Of a DNA stretch of 64,000 nt, positions 48,300 to 59,627 are shown piece after piece. The notes beneath the pieces were generated by a model that did no database searches, was not told where the DNA came from, and saw only the letters and a list, made by a program, of their open reading frames with translations. The first letter of the stretch is position 1. Each line of letters starts with the position of its first letter. The translations under genes and the position numbers were made by a program. Origin of the DNA: Histomonas meleagridis 2922-C6/04-290x (lineage: Eukaryota > Protista > Parabasalia); the NCBI GenBank assembly GCA_020184695.1, contig JAANOX010000246.1, positions 124,001-188,000 on the forward strand, given 5' to 3'.

Positions 48300-49736
48300 A
48301 TGAACTTTGCACTTGCTTTTCTTCTATTACAGCAACACGTGAAGCTCTTTCGAATGAAACATTAGTCATAAATAGCGACAGCGATTTTACAGACGAATAT
48401 AAAAGAAATACAAGATTTCTTATCATTGGAAATGTTACAAAAATTCCACCTAATGCTTTTTATGAGTGGTCTCTATTGGAAACTGTAAACATTTCAGATT
48501 CAGTCGAAGAAATAGGTAAATTTGCATTTTATAATTGCTATAATTTGCGCAAAGTTAACATGGGCAAATCTATTAAAACGATTGGAAATTCCTCATTTTA
48601 CAAGTGTAAGAAGTTATTTAATGTAGCACTTCCTGAATCTGTTACAACAATTGAAAGTTATGCTTTGCTGAATCTTTAAGTGGTAATATAACAATTCCAA
48701 ATTCTGTAACTAGAATTTGTGAATCTACTTTTACAAATTGTTTAAAATTATTTTATGTTACTTTCGGGGAGAAAATCGAAGTCATTGAGAAACGTGCGTT
48801 TGCCTTTTGCTTATTTTTACTCGGAATCAAATTACCAGAATCACTCAAAACGATTGAAAAAGGCGCCTTTTTTTCATGTTCTCCGGTACTGAATCATTAG
48901 CAAAATGTAAAAAACTTAAATATATTAATGTCTCTAAAGAAAATAAATATTATACTAATGATGACAATGGAATATTATATAATAAGAACATGACAACAAT
49001 CATCTGTATGCCAATGGGAATCACACTTGAGCACTTTAAAATACCAAATACAGTAACTGTCATTGGCGATTATGCATTTTTATTTAGTCAAGTCAAAGGA
49101 TTTACAATTAGTGAAAATGTTGAAATAATTGGCAAATATTCATTTGCTAAAACTATATTCTTTAACATAACAATTCCTAACTCAGTAACAATTATTGATG
49201 ATTATGCATTTTGTGAAGGTCAATTAAATATTGTCGATATTGGTAATGGAACTAAAACAATTAGAAACTTTTCATTCTATGATTGTTATATAATGAGTTT
49301 AGTATTACCAAACTCATTACTTAAAATTGGTTCATTCGCTTTCTATTGTAACAGAATCAAATCATTAATCATCGGCGATAACCTGTATGAAATCGGTGAG
49401 GACGCATTCAGATATAATTCGATCGCATGCATTTACTTTAATGGTGAAAAAGAACCCGAAAATTTGAACGTTGAAAATTCTGGTTTAACATCAAACACAA
49501 GATACATAATGGTAACTGAGAAATATCAAAACACAACTTGGGGACCACTATATGCAACTGTTGATACTTTGATAGAGTGTAAGGAATCAAACAAAACATT
49601 TCCAATCGCCTTGGCAGTGTGCATACCTGTTGCGGTGGTCGTTATCGTTGTTATCATTGTCGTAGTGGTCATAATGAAGAAGAAGCGTACGAAGGTTGAC
49701 AACCCCGACCTAAACGACAGCCATTTATTCGAGTAA
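48300..49736 (+). CDS. BspA-like (LRR_5) type I membrane protein, frameshifted
   Basis: Signal-like N-terminus at ATG 48300, LRR_5 repeats (TIPNSVTIIDDYAFCE), TM helix IALAVCIPVAVVVIVVIIVVVVIM, basic stop-transfer and short tail. Frameshifts near 48330, 48670 and 48880. Confidence 0.85.
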
Positions 49737-50601
49737 ACGACTTTTTCATTAACATTTGTATTTAATCAGATTCAGATATACAAAACCGAAATATTTCTTT
49801 TTTAATTTGATTATTTATGTTGAAGTAATGGATCAATTACACAACCGCAGACCAAACCTCCAAATCCTCTCAATCGATTTTTAAAGAACCTTAGGATTAG
49901 TACTTTAGAACGATAGGAAACGATCCCACTTTTTTAAAGAAATTATCATTCTTTCAATTCGACTTTCAATAAAAATATAAATGACACATATTTTAAATAA
50001 AAATAATAAATGAAAAACGGTTTGGCAAAATACAGTCCGATTTAAAAATAAATTTATAAAAAAATAACCTTAATTTAAAGAATGAATTAAATCAATTGTT
50101 GAATTAAATATTTCTTGTAATGTAATTAGAATTTGCGATGCGAATTTATTTAAGTTTGGTAAATTTTTTAATTCTTTTTGAAATGATTTAAACTCTTTCT
50201 TTTTAAATATTACATTTTCATTAAATAAATCAAATTTTATTCCGATTTTTTACAATGTTTATGAAAGAAATAAAAATAATTTATGTTTAATTGGATATCT
50301 TATTTTGTTAAATTCAATAAAATTGTTTTTATCGATTTAATCGAAAATTCGGGTTTTTCATGTATTAAAATTGATAATATATATAAATAGAATTTTAAAT
50401 ATTGTTTATTAGGATATTTTATATATAAATTAATTGCTGATTCGATAAGTTCTGAATCATTTAATTTCCCATTTGAATCAATTCTAATGCTTTTTTATGA
50501 ACGTTTTTCCTTGTTTTTTGTTTGAAGTGAATTTGCAACATCAGCAATTTTTCACATAACATTTCGTTGTATTTGGCGCCAAAACAAAGCCAAATCATCA
50601 G

Positions 50602-53160
50602 ATGCCTCCAAAAAGCACAAGAAAGAAGAAGCCAGAAATAAACCCTGAGCATTTGCCAGAAGAAATGACAAAGGTTGGACCACATGATCCATTAAAGACA
50701 TATTTTTCAGATGAATGCTCTGACGTATTATTTGAACAATGGGCTGACTTCTATGAAAAAAGACCACAAATTGCAATACGTGAATTGATTTCAATGATTC
50801 CTTTTATTGGTGGGGTTGACATTGAAATTACAGAAAAGCAAATAAAAAAATCATTATTCAAAGAAGTAAAAGATCTTTTCCAAGAGCAAAGTGAGGACAG
50901 GCAAGTTGATTCTCCTGTCGAATTATACTTCAAAAACCTTGATCAAAAAGCATTTAAATTTTGGACAGATTTATGTAATTCTTTGATTGTTTGCAAAGGT
51001 CTTTTCTTAGATGCATTTGACATTTTTAAAGATTGGGTGTTTGACTTTTGTGAAGCGCCAAATCGAACATTACGAGAATCAGCGATTGTTTCAATTCTAG
51101 CAATCGAAAGTTTTTTAGCAGAATCTATTTCCAAAGCATCTGAGGAGCTTGATAAACTTAACTCATCCAAAAAACAAACCAATGTTACAAAACGACAAAT
51201 TGAAGAATTTACAACTGAACTTGAATCATCACGATCCCTTTCGATGGAATTCTTCACCACTGTCATCCGCCATCGTTTTCGCGATGTTGATCCCAAGATC
51301 AGAGAACTTTGTGTTAAGACAATTGGGGAAGCCGGTATGGTAGCGCCCAATGATTTTAATGCTAATATTCTTAAATACATAACAAAGTCATTAAATGATG
51401 AGAATGCTAAGATTCGTCGATGTTCCTTAAGTCAAATCAAAGAATTATTAAATGCTGGTGATGTTAATGCATTAAAATCATATTTCAAAACGATTACACC
51501 AGAATTATTAACACTATGTAATGATAAAGACAATTCAATTGTTGTTGCTACATTAGGATTAATGACTAAATTAAACAAAAAGAAACTTCTTAAAGAAATT
51601 GATATTAAACCTTTATTTAAATTAACAATTGATGAAGCGCAAAATGTACGAAATGCATCTGCTAAATTTATCACTTCGTATTATTTCTTGAATAAAATAC
51701 CTAAATCAATGAAAACAAAGAATAAAGAAGAAATAAATGAATCACAATTACGTGAATTTTCGAAATTAGTTTCTAAATTTTCGAATGATGAATTACTTGT
51801 TTGTATTGAATCATTTATCGATCATCTTGATTGCTTACAAAATTGGGAGTTAATAATGCAAATTATATTATTAAATGACAACAAAAAAGAAAATCTTTTG
51901 TTCGTAAAGATATTATGTGATTCAGCACTTTATTCTTCAAAAACAGATCAATTAACAGAAGCAATAATTCGACATTTATCAAAATTACTTAAAATGTATA
52001 AAGATAATGATGAAGCATTACTTTCATTAACATCATTATTAACACAATTTGATATTAATGCAATCGAAGGAGCAGCAGCAGAAAATCAATTTAAAACACT
52101 TTTGGATTCATTTAAAACAATGTTTGATTCAACTCAAAACATTGATATATGTATAAATGTAATTAATGCTTTTGGTAAATGGAAAAAATCAAATGGAAAA
52201 CAAACTAATAAAGTTAATTCCATATTAAAGAAGTTTGCTAAAAGTTTCGAGAAAGTTACAGATGATAACTTAATAAAGTTTTCTCTTTTTAGTCGTATCT
52301 ATGATTTTAGTCAAAATCAAGAAATACGCAATTTTTTACTCGAAGAAGTTGATAATGAAAATGATGAATTATCATCAACAGCCATTAAAACGTTAAATAA
52401 CATATTCCAAAATGACATTCAACGTCTAATGAATGCAAGTGATGGTGATAAAGCAGGATATATAGAAGAATTCCGATCTCTTCAAACGCTTTTTGGACGG
52501 AAAATACATTTTGATTCCGACATCGTTAAGACATCTGCATTTAATGCACTTGGCACGATGTATATGTTATGTCAATTCATTAATGCTAAAGAATTAATTG
52601 ACGATACTATTAGTTATTCATTTTTTAAAGCGTTTCATTCATTAGAAAATAAAATCGATTCATTTGACTTCTTAACGAGGCCAATAATCGTACAAGCATT
52701 ACCTATGAAATTTGCTGTTCATGCGTTTTGGTATATTCAAGACCCTGAATTAAAGCCTCGTGTGAAACAGTTCATGAATAATATTTCCGACTATTTGCCC
52801 GTCGAAGGTTATGAACTTGGTGAATTAGTTCGAACTTTGGATTATACTCCATCGAAGCTGAAAAGTGCGATGAAAACTTTGGCCAAGAAAGTCGACGCAA
52901 GAAGTGCAATCGATTCTTGGCTGGATAAGCCGGATGATTCATTAATACCTTATTACGCTCCTTTCTTGTCAATGCTGACAAGTACTGAAGCGGAATTATT
53001 ACGGCCAATCGCAAAGGGACAAACTGCAATGATACTGCAGAAAATTGAAAATGGGAAGAAATTAAAACAGAAAGATTTTGTGTATGTACCACCTAAGGAA
53101 AAACAAGTGTCGGAGGAAGAAGAAGAAACAGATGAAGAAGCAGACGAAGAAGTTGAGTAA
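50602..53160 (+). CDS. STAG: Cohesin subunit SA/Scc3 (STAG domain)
   Basis: RTLRESAI...FTTVIRHRFRDVDPKIRELCVKTIG...KYITKSLNDENAKIR, the STAG/Scc3 SCD motif. Confidence 0.9.
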   Translation: MPPKSTRKKKPEINPEHLPEEMTKVGPHDPLKTYFSDECSDVLFEQWADFYEKRPQIAIRELISMIPFIGGVDIEITEKQIKKSLFKEVKDLFQEQSEDRQVDSPVELYFKNLDQKAFKFWTDLCNSLIVCKGLFLDAFDIFKDWVFDFCEAPNRTLRESAIVSILAIESFLAESISKASEELDKLNSSKKQTNVTKRQIEEFTTELESSRSLSMEFFTTVIRHRFRDVDPKIRELCVKTIGEAGMVAPNDFNANILKYITKSLNDENAKIRRCSLSQIKELLNAGDVNALKSYFKTITPELLTLCNDKDNSIVVATLGLMTKLNKKKLLKEIDIKPLFKLTIDEAQNVRNASAKFITSYYFLNKIPKSMKTKNKEEINESQLREFSKLVSKFSNDELLVCIESFIDHLDCLQNWELIMQIILLNDNKKENLLFVKILCDSALYSSKTDQLTEAIIRHLSKLLKMYKDNDEALLSLTSLLTQFDINAIEGAAAENQFKTLLDSFKTMFDSTQNIDICINVINAFGKWKKSNGKQTNKVNSILKKFAKSFEKVTDDNLIKFSLFSRIYDFSQNQEIRNFLLEEVDNENDELSSTAIKTLNNIFQNDIQRLMNASDGDKAGYIEEFRSLQTLFGRKIHFDSDIVKTSAFNALGTMYMLCQFINAKELIDDTISYSFFKAFHSLENKIDSFDFLTRPIIVQALPMKFAVHAFWYIQDPELKPRVKQFMNNISDYLPVEGYELGELVRTLDYTPSKLKSAMKTLAKKVDARSAIDSWLDKPDDSLIPYYAPFLSMLTSTEAELLRPIAKGQTAMILQKIENGKKLKQKDFVYVPPKEKQVSEEEEETDEEADEEVE

Positions 53161-53468
53161 AATTTTTAATTTTTTATGATTTATTTTGCTATTAAATATT
53201 TCACAAATAATCAAAAAAGAGTTTTAAATATGTATTTTTGGTAAATTTCTTATAAGTAATAAAGAAAAATATTATGTTTCATTTGATTGAATTTTTTCTG
53301 TTTAAATAATTTAATCAAATATAAATTAGATTGATTTTAATATAAAGAAGAATTTGAACTTTCGTTTTTGCACTTAATTTTTTCGGTTTTAACTAAATTT
53401 AATGAATGATTGAATTTATTTAAATTTTTACTAATTTTTCCAGGCTTTTGGTTACTGTTTACCACAAA

Positions 53469-53681
53469 ATGAATAGAATATGGGAAACACCACCTGTTGA
53501 TCAGAATTCATATACAACAGAAAAAATCATTAATGGAAAAATTATTATAATATATATGGGTTGTTTTCTATTTGATCCCAAAATCTTAGGGAAACAAATT
53601 CCTAGACCAATAACGCCATTCTTATTGAACAGTGATTGGATTTTTTCCAACAATTCAAAGCATGAATATCTAGAAAAATAG
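53469..53681 (+). CDS. Small hypothetical ORF
   Basis: 70-aa ORF with slightly higher GC than its flanks; no recognisable domain. Confidence 0.2.
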   Translation: MNRIWETPPVDQNSYTTEKIINGKIIIIYMGCFLFDPKILGKQIPRPITPFLLNSDWIFSNNSKHEYLEK

Positions 53682-53980
53682 ATTTATAAATTGATGCTTT
53701 TTTATTTTTCAATTAATTCATTTTGAAGATTAAATAATTATAAAATATTTAAGTTAATAGATAATGAGTCTTACATAATAATTGCTTTTATCATTTCTAT
53801 TTAATGAATATTCAAAATATGATCTTTTGCATTTATTTTAAACATAGAATGTTTCCGATGGATAAATCATTATTATTATATATATAAGAGTTGATTAATA
53901 AACAATTAGAATTAATGTACAAAATTAAAAAAGTTTTTTTATATATTTTTTAGTATTAAAAAACATGTTTTAATTGGAAG

Positions 53981-54955
53981 TTATTTTGTTTTCTGCGATT
54001 GATTTGAATTAAGTTTTGGTTGTGTTATTGTTGGTTTTTGTTGTTTATCTTTTTCCTCTTTCTTTTTCATCTCAATTTTTCCTTCCAATTTTTCAATTTT
54101 TCGTTTTGTTTTTTCGGCTTGCTTTTCAAGTTCCAAATCACTATAAATGGAATATGCGTTTTGATACAAATCAATTGCACCTTTGAGATTTCCGCTTTGT
54201 TCAGTACAATGCGCTGTCTCATACATTAGTGATGCAACTTGTTCATCTTGTTCCCCTTTGTTTGCTATATCTAATGATTGATACGCTTTTTCATAAAAAG
54301 AAATTGATGTTTCATATTCACCAAAATAAAAATTGGTTCGTGCAAATATGATATCTCTTTTATACATCAAATATTTGTTTTCGCTCTCATACTCAGAATA
54401 CCCTTTAAGAGTTCGCTCAGCTCTTTGTATGTTGTTGAATCTTTCGGAATCAGAAGAAGTTTCAATTTGAATGGAAGATGTGGCAGATTCGACAGCAATC
54501 CTAAATTTGTCTTCATCACTCGCATCAATTTCTTCACTGATTTCTTTGGCTTTGAGAATAAGCCTTTTTGAACTTTCTGGTCTATTGTTTTGATTATAAA
54601 ATTCAACAAGATCCATAATTGAATCCATGGCCTCTTTAGACAGTTCACCATATTCCATAGAAGTTAGTATTTTTTTATGGACTAAAAGTTTGAATTTTTT
54701 GTTAATGGAAATATCTTCTGAATCTAAAAGATCGTTGATGTCTGAAATTTTATCCGCAGGTGTCCTAGTATCCATGGCCTCTTCTGGATGCTCCGAAAAA
54801 TATTTTAAGGCGTATTCTTTTGGTTGAGTTGAAATATCGTTTTTTGTAATTTTGTTTTTATTTGGAACACGCGAAAGCCGATTTAAAGATGATTCCATTT
54901 CAATGGTTTGCTTTTTGGTTGTATTTTTCTTTTCTCCCCATGGAAGTGTGTTCAT
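53981..54955 (-). CDS. TPR-like protein (TTC23-like)
   Basis: TPR helices (FGEYETSISFYEKAY, EQSGNLKGAIDLYQNAY); basic low-complexity tail. Confidence 0.7.
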   Translation of the reverse strand: MNTLPWGEKKNTTKKQTIEMESSLNRLSRVPNKNKITKNDISTQPKEYALKYFSEHPEEAMDTRTPADKISDINDLLDSEDISINKKFKLLVHKKILTSMEYGELSKEAMDSIMDLVEFYNQNNRPESSKRLILKAKEISEEIDASDEDKFRIAVESATSSIQIETSSDSERFNNIQRAERTLKGYSEYESENKYLMYKRDIIFARTNFYFGEYETSISFYEKAYQSLDIANKGEQDEQVASLMYETAHCTEQSGNLKGAIDLYQNAYSIYSDLELEKQAEKTKRKIEKLEGKIEMKKKEEKDKQQKPTITQPKLNSNQSQKTK

Positions 54956-55473
54956 TCCATTCTTATTAAATTAACGTACTTTGTGCGTGAATCCACTTTT
55001 CAAACAAAAATGTCTTGGAAGCAAAAAATATTATTCGTTTCGTAACACACGTGAAATTCATACAAATATTTGTTCCCATAATTTCTGCTAATGAAGACCT
55101 AAATCAAAATTTTGTTCAATGTGATTTATTTATAATGTACTGAATATAATAATATTATCTAACTAATTTTTTTTTTAATTACAGAGTTAGGGGAGATCTG
55201 TGAAAAATGCTTTAAAGTTATTGAATTTTTCAAAATTGAAATTACGAGAAAAGAACATTTTTACTTATATATTTACATTTTAGAGAATAACTGTACAACA
55301 AATTTAAGGTATTGATTAAATTCAAATATTATGTATTTTTGTAACCTGAAATTAAAAAAAAAATTATTTTCGAAAAAAAAATCAAATTGATGCAACTTTC
55401 ATACTCTCGTTGGTCCAAAAAGCTCAAAAGGTTTAAAGAAAAACAATAAATTTTTTGAAACAAGTACGCTTTG

Positions 55474-55976
55474 ATGCTTTATCCCCGTCAAAATCTTGAC
55501 TTTATAAAATGCTTTTTTGAAATCAATGTTTCTTTAGATCATCTTGAGCTCAAGCTCTGGCGGTTTCCGAAAAATTTGAGCCAAATCTGTTCGTCACTCC
55601 CTGAAGTATTTCTGATTAAATTGCCACAATTATCGTCCCCGAGTGAATGGACGATCAAATCGATCCGTATGACTTACCTACACCCATTCGCATTATGGTT
55701 GCCTGCTAATACACTTTGGTACTCTTTCCTTTTTTTCCCATAGTAATTCCCATTCTCCTGATTTTCAAATTTTTTAATACAATTATTCATGGTGAATTAG
55801 CTATTACTATTCCACTAGATCAAAAAGATAATAATATAATCCCTTATTCCAAGGAGGATAGCTCTTATTTCAATGAGGATAACCCTTATTTCAATGAGGA
55901 ACAAGCATATACTCAAGGAACACAATATTACCCGTGTGTAAATGAAATGATGGAGGATGACTTCTTGGTTAATTAA
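55474..55976 (+). CDS. Hypothetical small membrane protein (one frameshift in T-run near 55730)
   Basis: Two ORF-track pieces join at a poly-T into ~167 aa with the hydrophobic segment WYSFLFFPIVIPILLIF and an acidic tail. Confidence 0.45.
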
Positions 55977-56877
55977 TTCATGAAAAAAATAAATTATTCG
56001 TGATGCGTTGTGATGTTGTCAACTTCCAAATGAAAAACTGGTGTATACGCCTTCCAACTGAATTTTTATTTTTGAGAAAACGTGCTTCATGAAGCTTATT
56101 TGAAAAAGCATAAATTCAATACTTTATATTAAAATTGAATAATTTCGAGTTTTCTGTCCATAAATGGTTACCCATTTATTTCAATTGAAAAAGTCGACAA
56201 ACCGTTTCGGGACATAAAGTGCACTTCATATCATTCTATCAAAAAGTTAATGGCGGTTAATTTGGCGCAAATTGAAATTTTGATAATTGATTAAATGTGA
56301 AGCATCAACGAAATTTTAAAAGTATCAAAAAATAAATATTACATTCATAATATTTTTTTAAGCAGATTTTTGAAGGTTCATGTATCTATCGAAATCCTTA
56401 TTTTTTAATAAAAACTTTTTATAAAATTTTCTTTATCTTAGCTGAATATGTTAGAACTTATGTAGATCATATTTATGCAAAAATAAATTGTAAAAATTAA
56501 TCTTTAATGGATATACAAAGTAAGTAATTACAAGAAGATAAAATTACAAATTGGCTATTTTTCTCAAACATACTTTAAGAAAACGCACTTAAAATATGGA
56601 TATTCGTAACGTATCATTTTTATTTCAATTCTTGAAAAGTCATGGAGAAAAATGAATTTTGATGATTTTAACGTACAATTTCCGACCGTTTATTTATCAT
56701 AGAATGCATTCAATCTCCTTTGAGATTTATTCATTAATTAATATCTATTATTTTTTATTTAAAGTTCATTTAATATTTTGTGATTTCCATTTTTCCCCTG
56801 TTATTAAATCAGCCAAAAGAAAAAAATTTTTAAAATATATAATAAAAAATATTTTAAAAAAATATTTATTTGTAAAA

Positions 56878-57633
56878 TTAATATGAATTGGAATCTTTAA
56901 GAGCTAATTCAGTGATAATATTACTTGCTTTTCTTAGTTCTGATCTAATATAATTTTGGGACTCTTCGATATTTATGAAGTCTGGTTCAAACTCTTGGAT
57001 TCCTTCTTGCATAGGAAGATGGAGTGGCTCTGGTGTCTTAGTAAGTTCATCGAAGAGGCTGGGCGTTAGCTGCTCAAGGTGAAATTGAAAATCGATAAGT
57101 TCTGGTTTTGGTAATTTTTGATTTTGTATGAAATTTGTATTTGTTTGACATTTAATTATTTCGGGAGAAATGGGTTCGGTATATTCTGGCTTTGATATTT
57201 TTGCAATTTTTGCAAGGTTTTTTTGGCATTCTGTTATTTCTTGGTTTTTTGGAAATTTGGATTGGAGCTCATAAAACGTCATAACTAACTCAATATCTTC
57301 ATCCAGTAAATTACCAGATATAACACTGTCCCATTTGGCCTCAAGAATACTTTCTTCTAGAATAAATAATGCATTAAAAAATGTGATATCTGATTCATTT
57401 AATTTCTCATGATTCATTTTCGAAAAGTAATAACATATGTCTCTGATTTTTTTGATGGCTTTTTGTATTGTTTCTTTTATTTTATTTTGAAATTCTCCAG
57501 AATCAAAAAAAATAAGATTTTGAAAGAAATTGTTTTGAACTATTTGCTTTACCATTTCGTCCAATTGTGATTTATCGGTAAGATTTATAAAATTTTCAAT
57601 GATTTCTATCTCTGAACTAGGAGCATTATTCAT
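56878..57633 (-). CDS. Hypothetical protein
   Basis: 251-aa ATG-initiated ORF; AACGGTT motif upstream. Confidence 0.65.
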   Translation of the reverse strand: MNNAPSSEIEIIENFINLTDKSQLDEMVKQIVQNNFFQNLIFFDSGEFQNKIKETIQKAIKKIRDICYYFSKMNHEKLNESDITFFNALFILEESILEAKWDSVISGNLLDEDIELVMTFYELQSKFPKNQEITECQKNLAKIAKISKPEYTEPISPEIIKCQTNTNFIQNQKLPKPELIDFQFHLEQLTPSLFDELTKTPEPLHLPMQEGIQEFEPDFINIEESQNYIRSELRKASNIITELALKDSNSY

Positions 57634-57798
57634 TGGTCTTCAAATAAGCCTATGTAAGGCACTTTTTAATAACCGTTTTTTATAATGAAAGGATGCGCTC
57701 GGAGGTTCTCTACAAATTTTTAAAAATTAATCAATATACATATCTCCACATAATAATGTAGAATATTAGAATGGGCACATTGAATATTATTCAAAATC

Positions 57799-58169
57799 AA
57801 TTTAATTTATTTATATTTAAATCGAGGTCACAAAACATAAACTTACATAATTGTATCATCTATCACCTCAAACTTTGAAGCTAGTGCAAATAAGAAATTT
57901 TTTTGTCGAATTATTTAACAACAGAGAAGAAAATAAAAACAAAGAAAATAAGATTTAACAAAGATAATAATATGGTAAATGAGACATTCTTCTTGTTAAA
58001 AAAGATCTCTATTTTGATATGAAGTTTTTACCATTTCGATTAAAATTTCATGTGTATTAATTCCATTCTTGGCTGACACTTCTTTGAATTTTGCTCCAAA
58101 CCTGCGTGCGATGCATTTGCCTTCTTCTTTTTTAACCACTCGCATGTATTTTAAATCAATTTTATTTCC
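57799..58169 (-). repeat. 371-bp direct duplicate of 61484-61854 (3' part of the Rab-like gene plus its 3' flank)
   Basis: Near-identical sequence at an offset of 3685 bp, with only a handful of differences (e.g. gtattttaaat vs gtattccaaat). Confidence 0.95.
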
Positions 58170-58561
58170 GAACAATTGAACATCTTAATGTAATCTCCTA
58201 GGTGAATATTCAAGTAGTATTCAATTGCAATTTCTCTAAAGCCTATATTTGTGGAGAGGTTTCCTTGATCAATAATGTCCGACACATATGATGCAAGGTT
58301 ATTTTCTTCCTTTTCTGTAAAAATTCTATTTTTTCTTCCCCAGTTGTTATTTTTTGGTGACCATTTTTTATCTTCTTGGTAGCACTTCCTCCATGTATAA
58401 AGAGTTGGTGGAGGAATGCCAGCTCTCTTGCTTATGGATGGTATAACCTTTTTGTTCTGAAATTCTGCACATATTAGCATCCATATGTCCCTATTTATGT
58501 GTTCTTTGTGATCTCTGTGTGATCTCGGATTGTCATTATAGACACGGTTCAAATGATTCAT
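58170..58561 (-). mobile_element. Truncated pogo/Tigger-like (CENP-B HTH, DDE_1 family) transposase N-terminus
   Basis: ISKRAGIPPPTLYTWR...W.P...WGRKNRIFTEKEE..LA.YV..II...T...FREIA...FNCS is the N-terminal pattern of pogo-like transposases common in parabasalids. The ORF is cut at the junction with the duplicated Rab piece. Confidence 0.65.
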
Positions 58562-58708
58562 GAAAAAAAATACCGTCGAAGTTAAATAGAAATAAAAAAA
58601 GAAGCAATTTTTATTAAGAAAAATTCACATATTGTGAAGAAAAATAAAAATTTATCAATAACAGAAGTTAAAAAACATTTTCAATATCTATTTTTTTTTT
58701 TGTTCATT

Positions 58709-58870
58709 TGAGATGTTCACTGATGTTTTGTTGAGATGTTTTGTCGAGATGCAATGCTGAGATCTTCTTCTGAGATGTTCACTGATGTTTTGTTGAAATG
58801 CTTTGTTGAGATGTTTTGCTGGAATCTCCTTCTGTGATGCAATGCTGAGATGTTCACTGACGTTTTGCTG
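58709..58870. repeat. Imperfect short tandem repeat built from TGAGATGTT(T/C)-type subunits
   Basis: TGAGATGTTCACTGAYGTTTTG at 58709, 58771 and 58846, with interspersed TGAGATGTTTTG and GATGCAATGC subunits. Confidence 0.8.
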
Positions 58871-59627
58871 TATTAATTTGTTATTGTTGACCTACCTGAC
58901 GCTGTAGCGTGAATGTGCCGGCGATCCATTATCAACTCTGCCACACTGATCCCCGGGTGGTCCAGGAGTTGCGTAAAGATAGGTCAACATGAGGATAATG
59001 TACTGATTTTGCATCAACAACGGTTATCACATGAATTTGATATAATCATGAGCAGTTTCAGTTAATTTATCGCTACCATCGATCCCGCCAATACTGGCGC
59101 CAAGAATTATAACACAATTTAATTTTCAATAATATCTCAATGCCATCAATTTTTCTGAAAAAAGAATTACCAATTTGGGCGAGACAAAAATATTTTATTT
59201 GAAATTTAGTTTATTCTTCAAATATCAGAATAAATATGCATTAAAACATCGTGGGTGACACTCAAAATTTAAATGCTATTTTATTAATTAAATTTATGAC
59301 TTTCAAAATTCATAAAATATTCGTTCGTTTTGTGTGGGGGCTGGTCGTTGCATTTGATTTCACCATCTAAGATATGCAAATATTAACATGAAGAGAAGTC
59401 TCAGGTATAAAACCGATACCACTTTTTGAAAAGCGTGTTATGAAAAATAACAGGTAATGTGATGTGAATTATGGGAAACCGTTAAAAAATTATTGTTATT
59501 TTTGATTATTTTACGAAAAGTATTAATGATCCAAATGAAAAAAAAAAAATCACATGAAAACTTTTTTCTTTTGTATAAGTTAAAGTGTGTTTTTAATGAT
59601 TCAAAGCATTCGTTATTTATAAATTTT

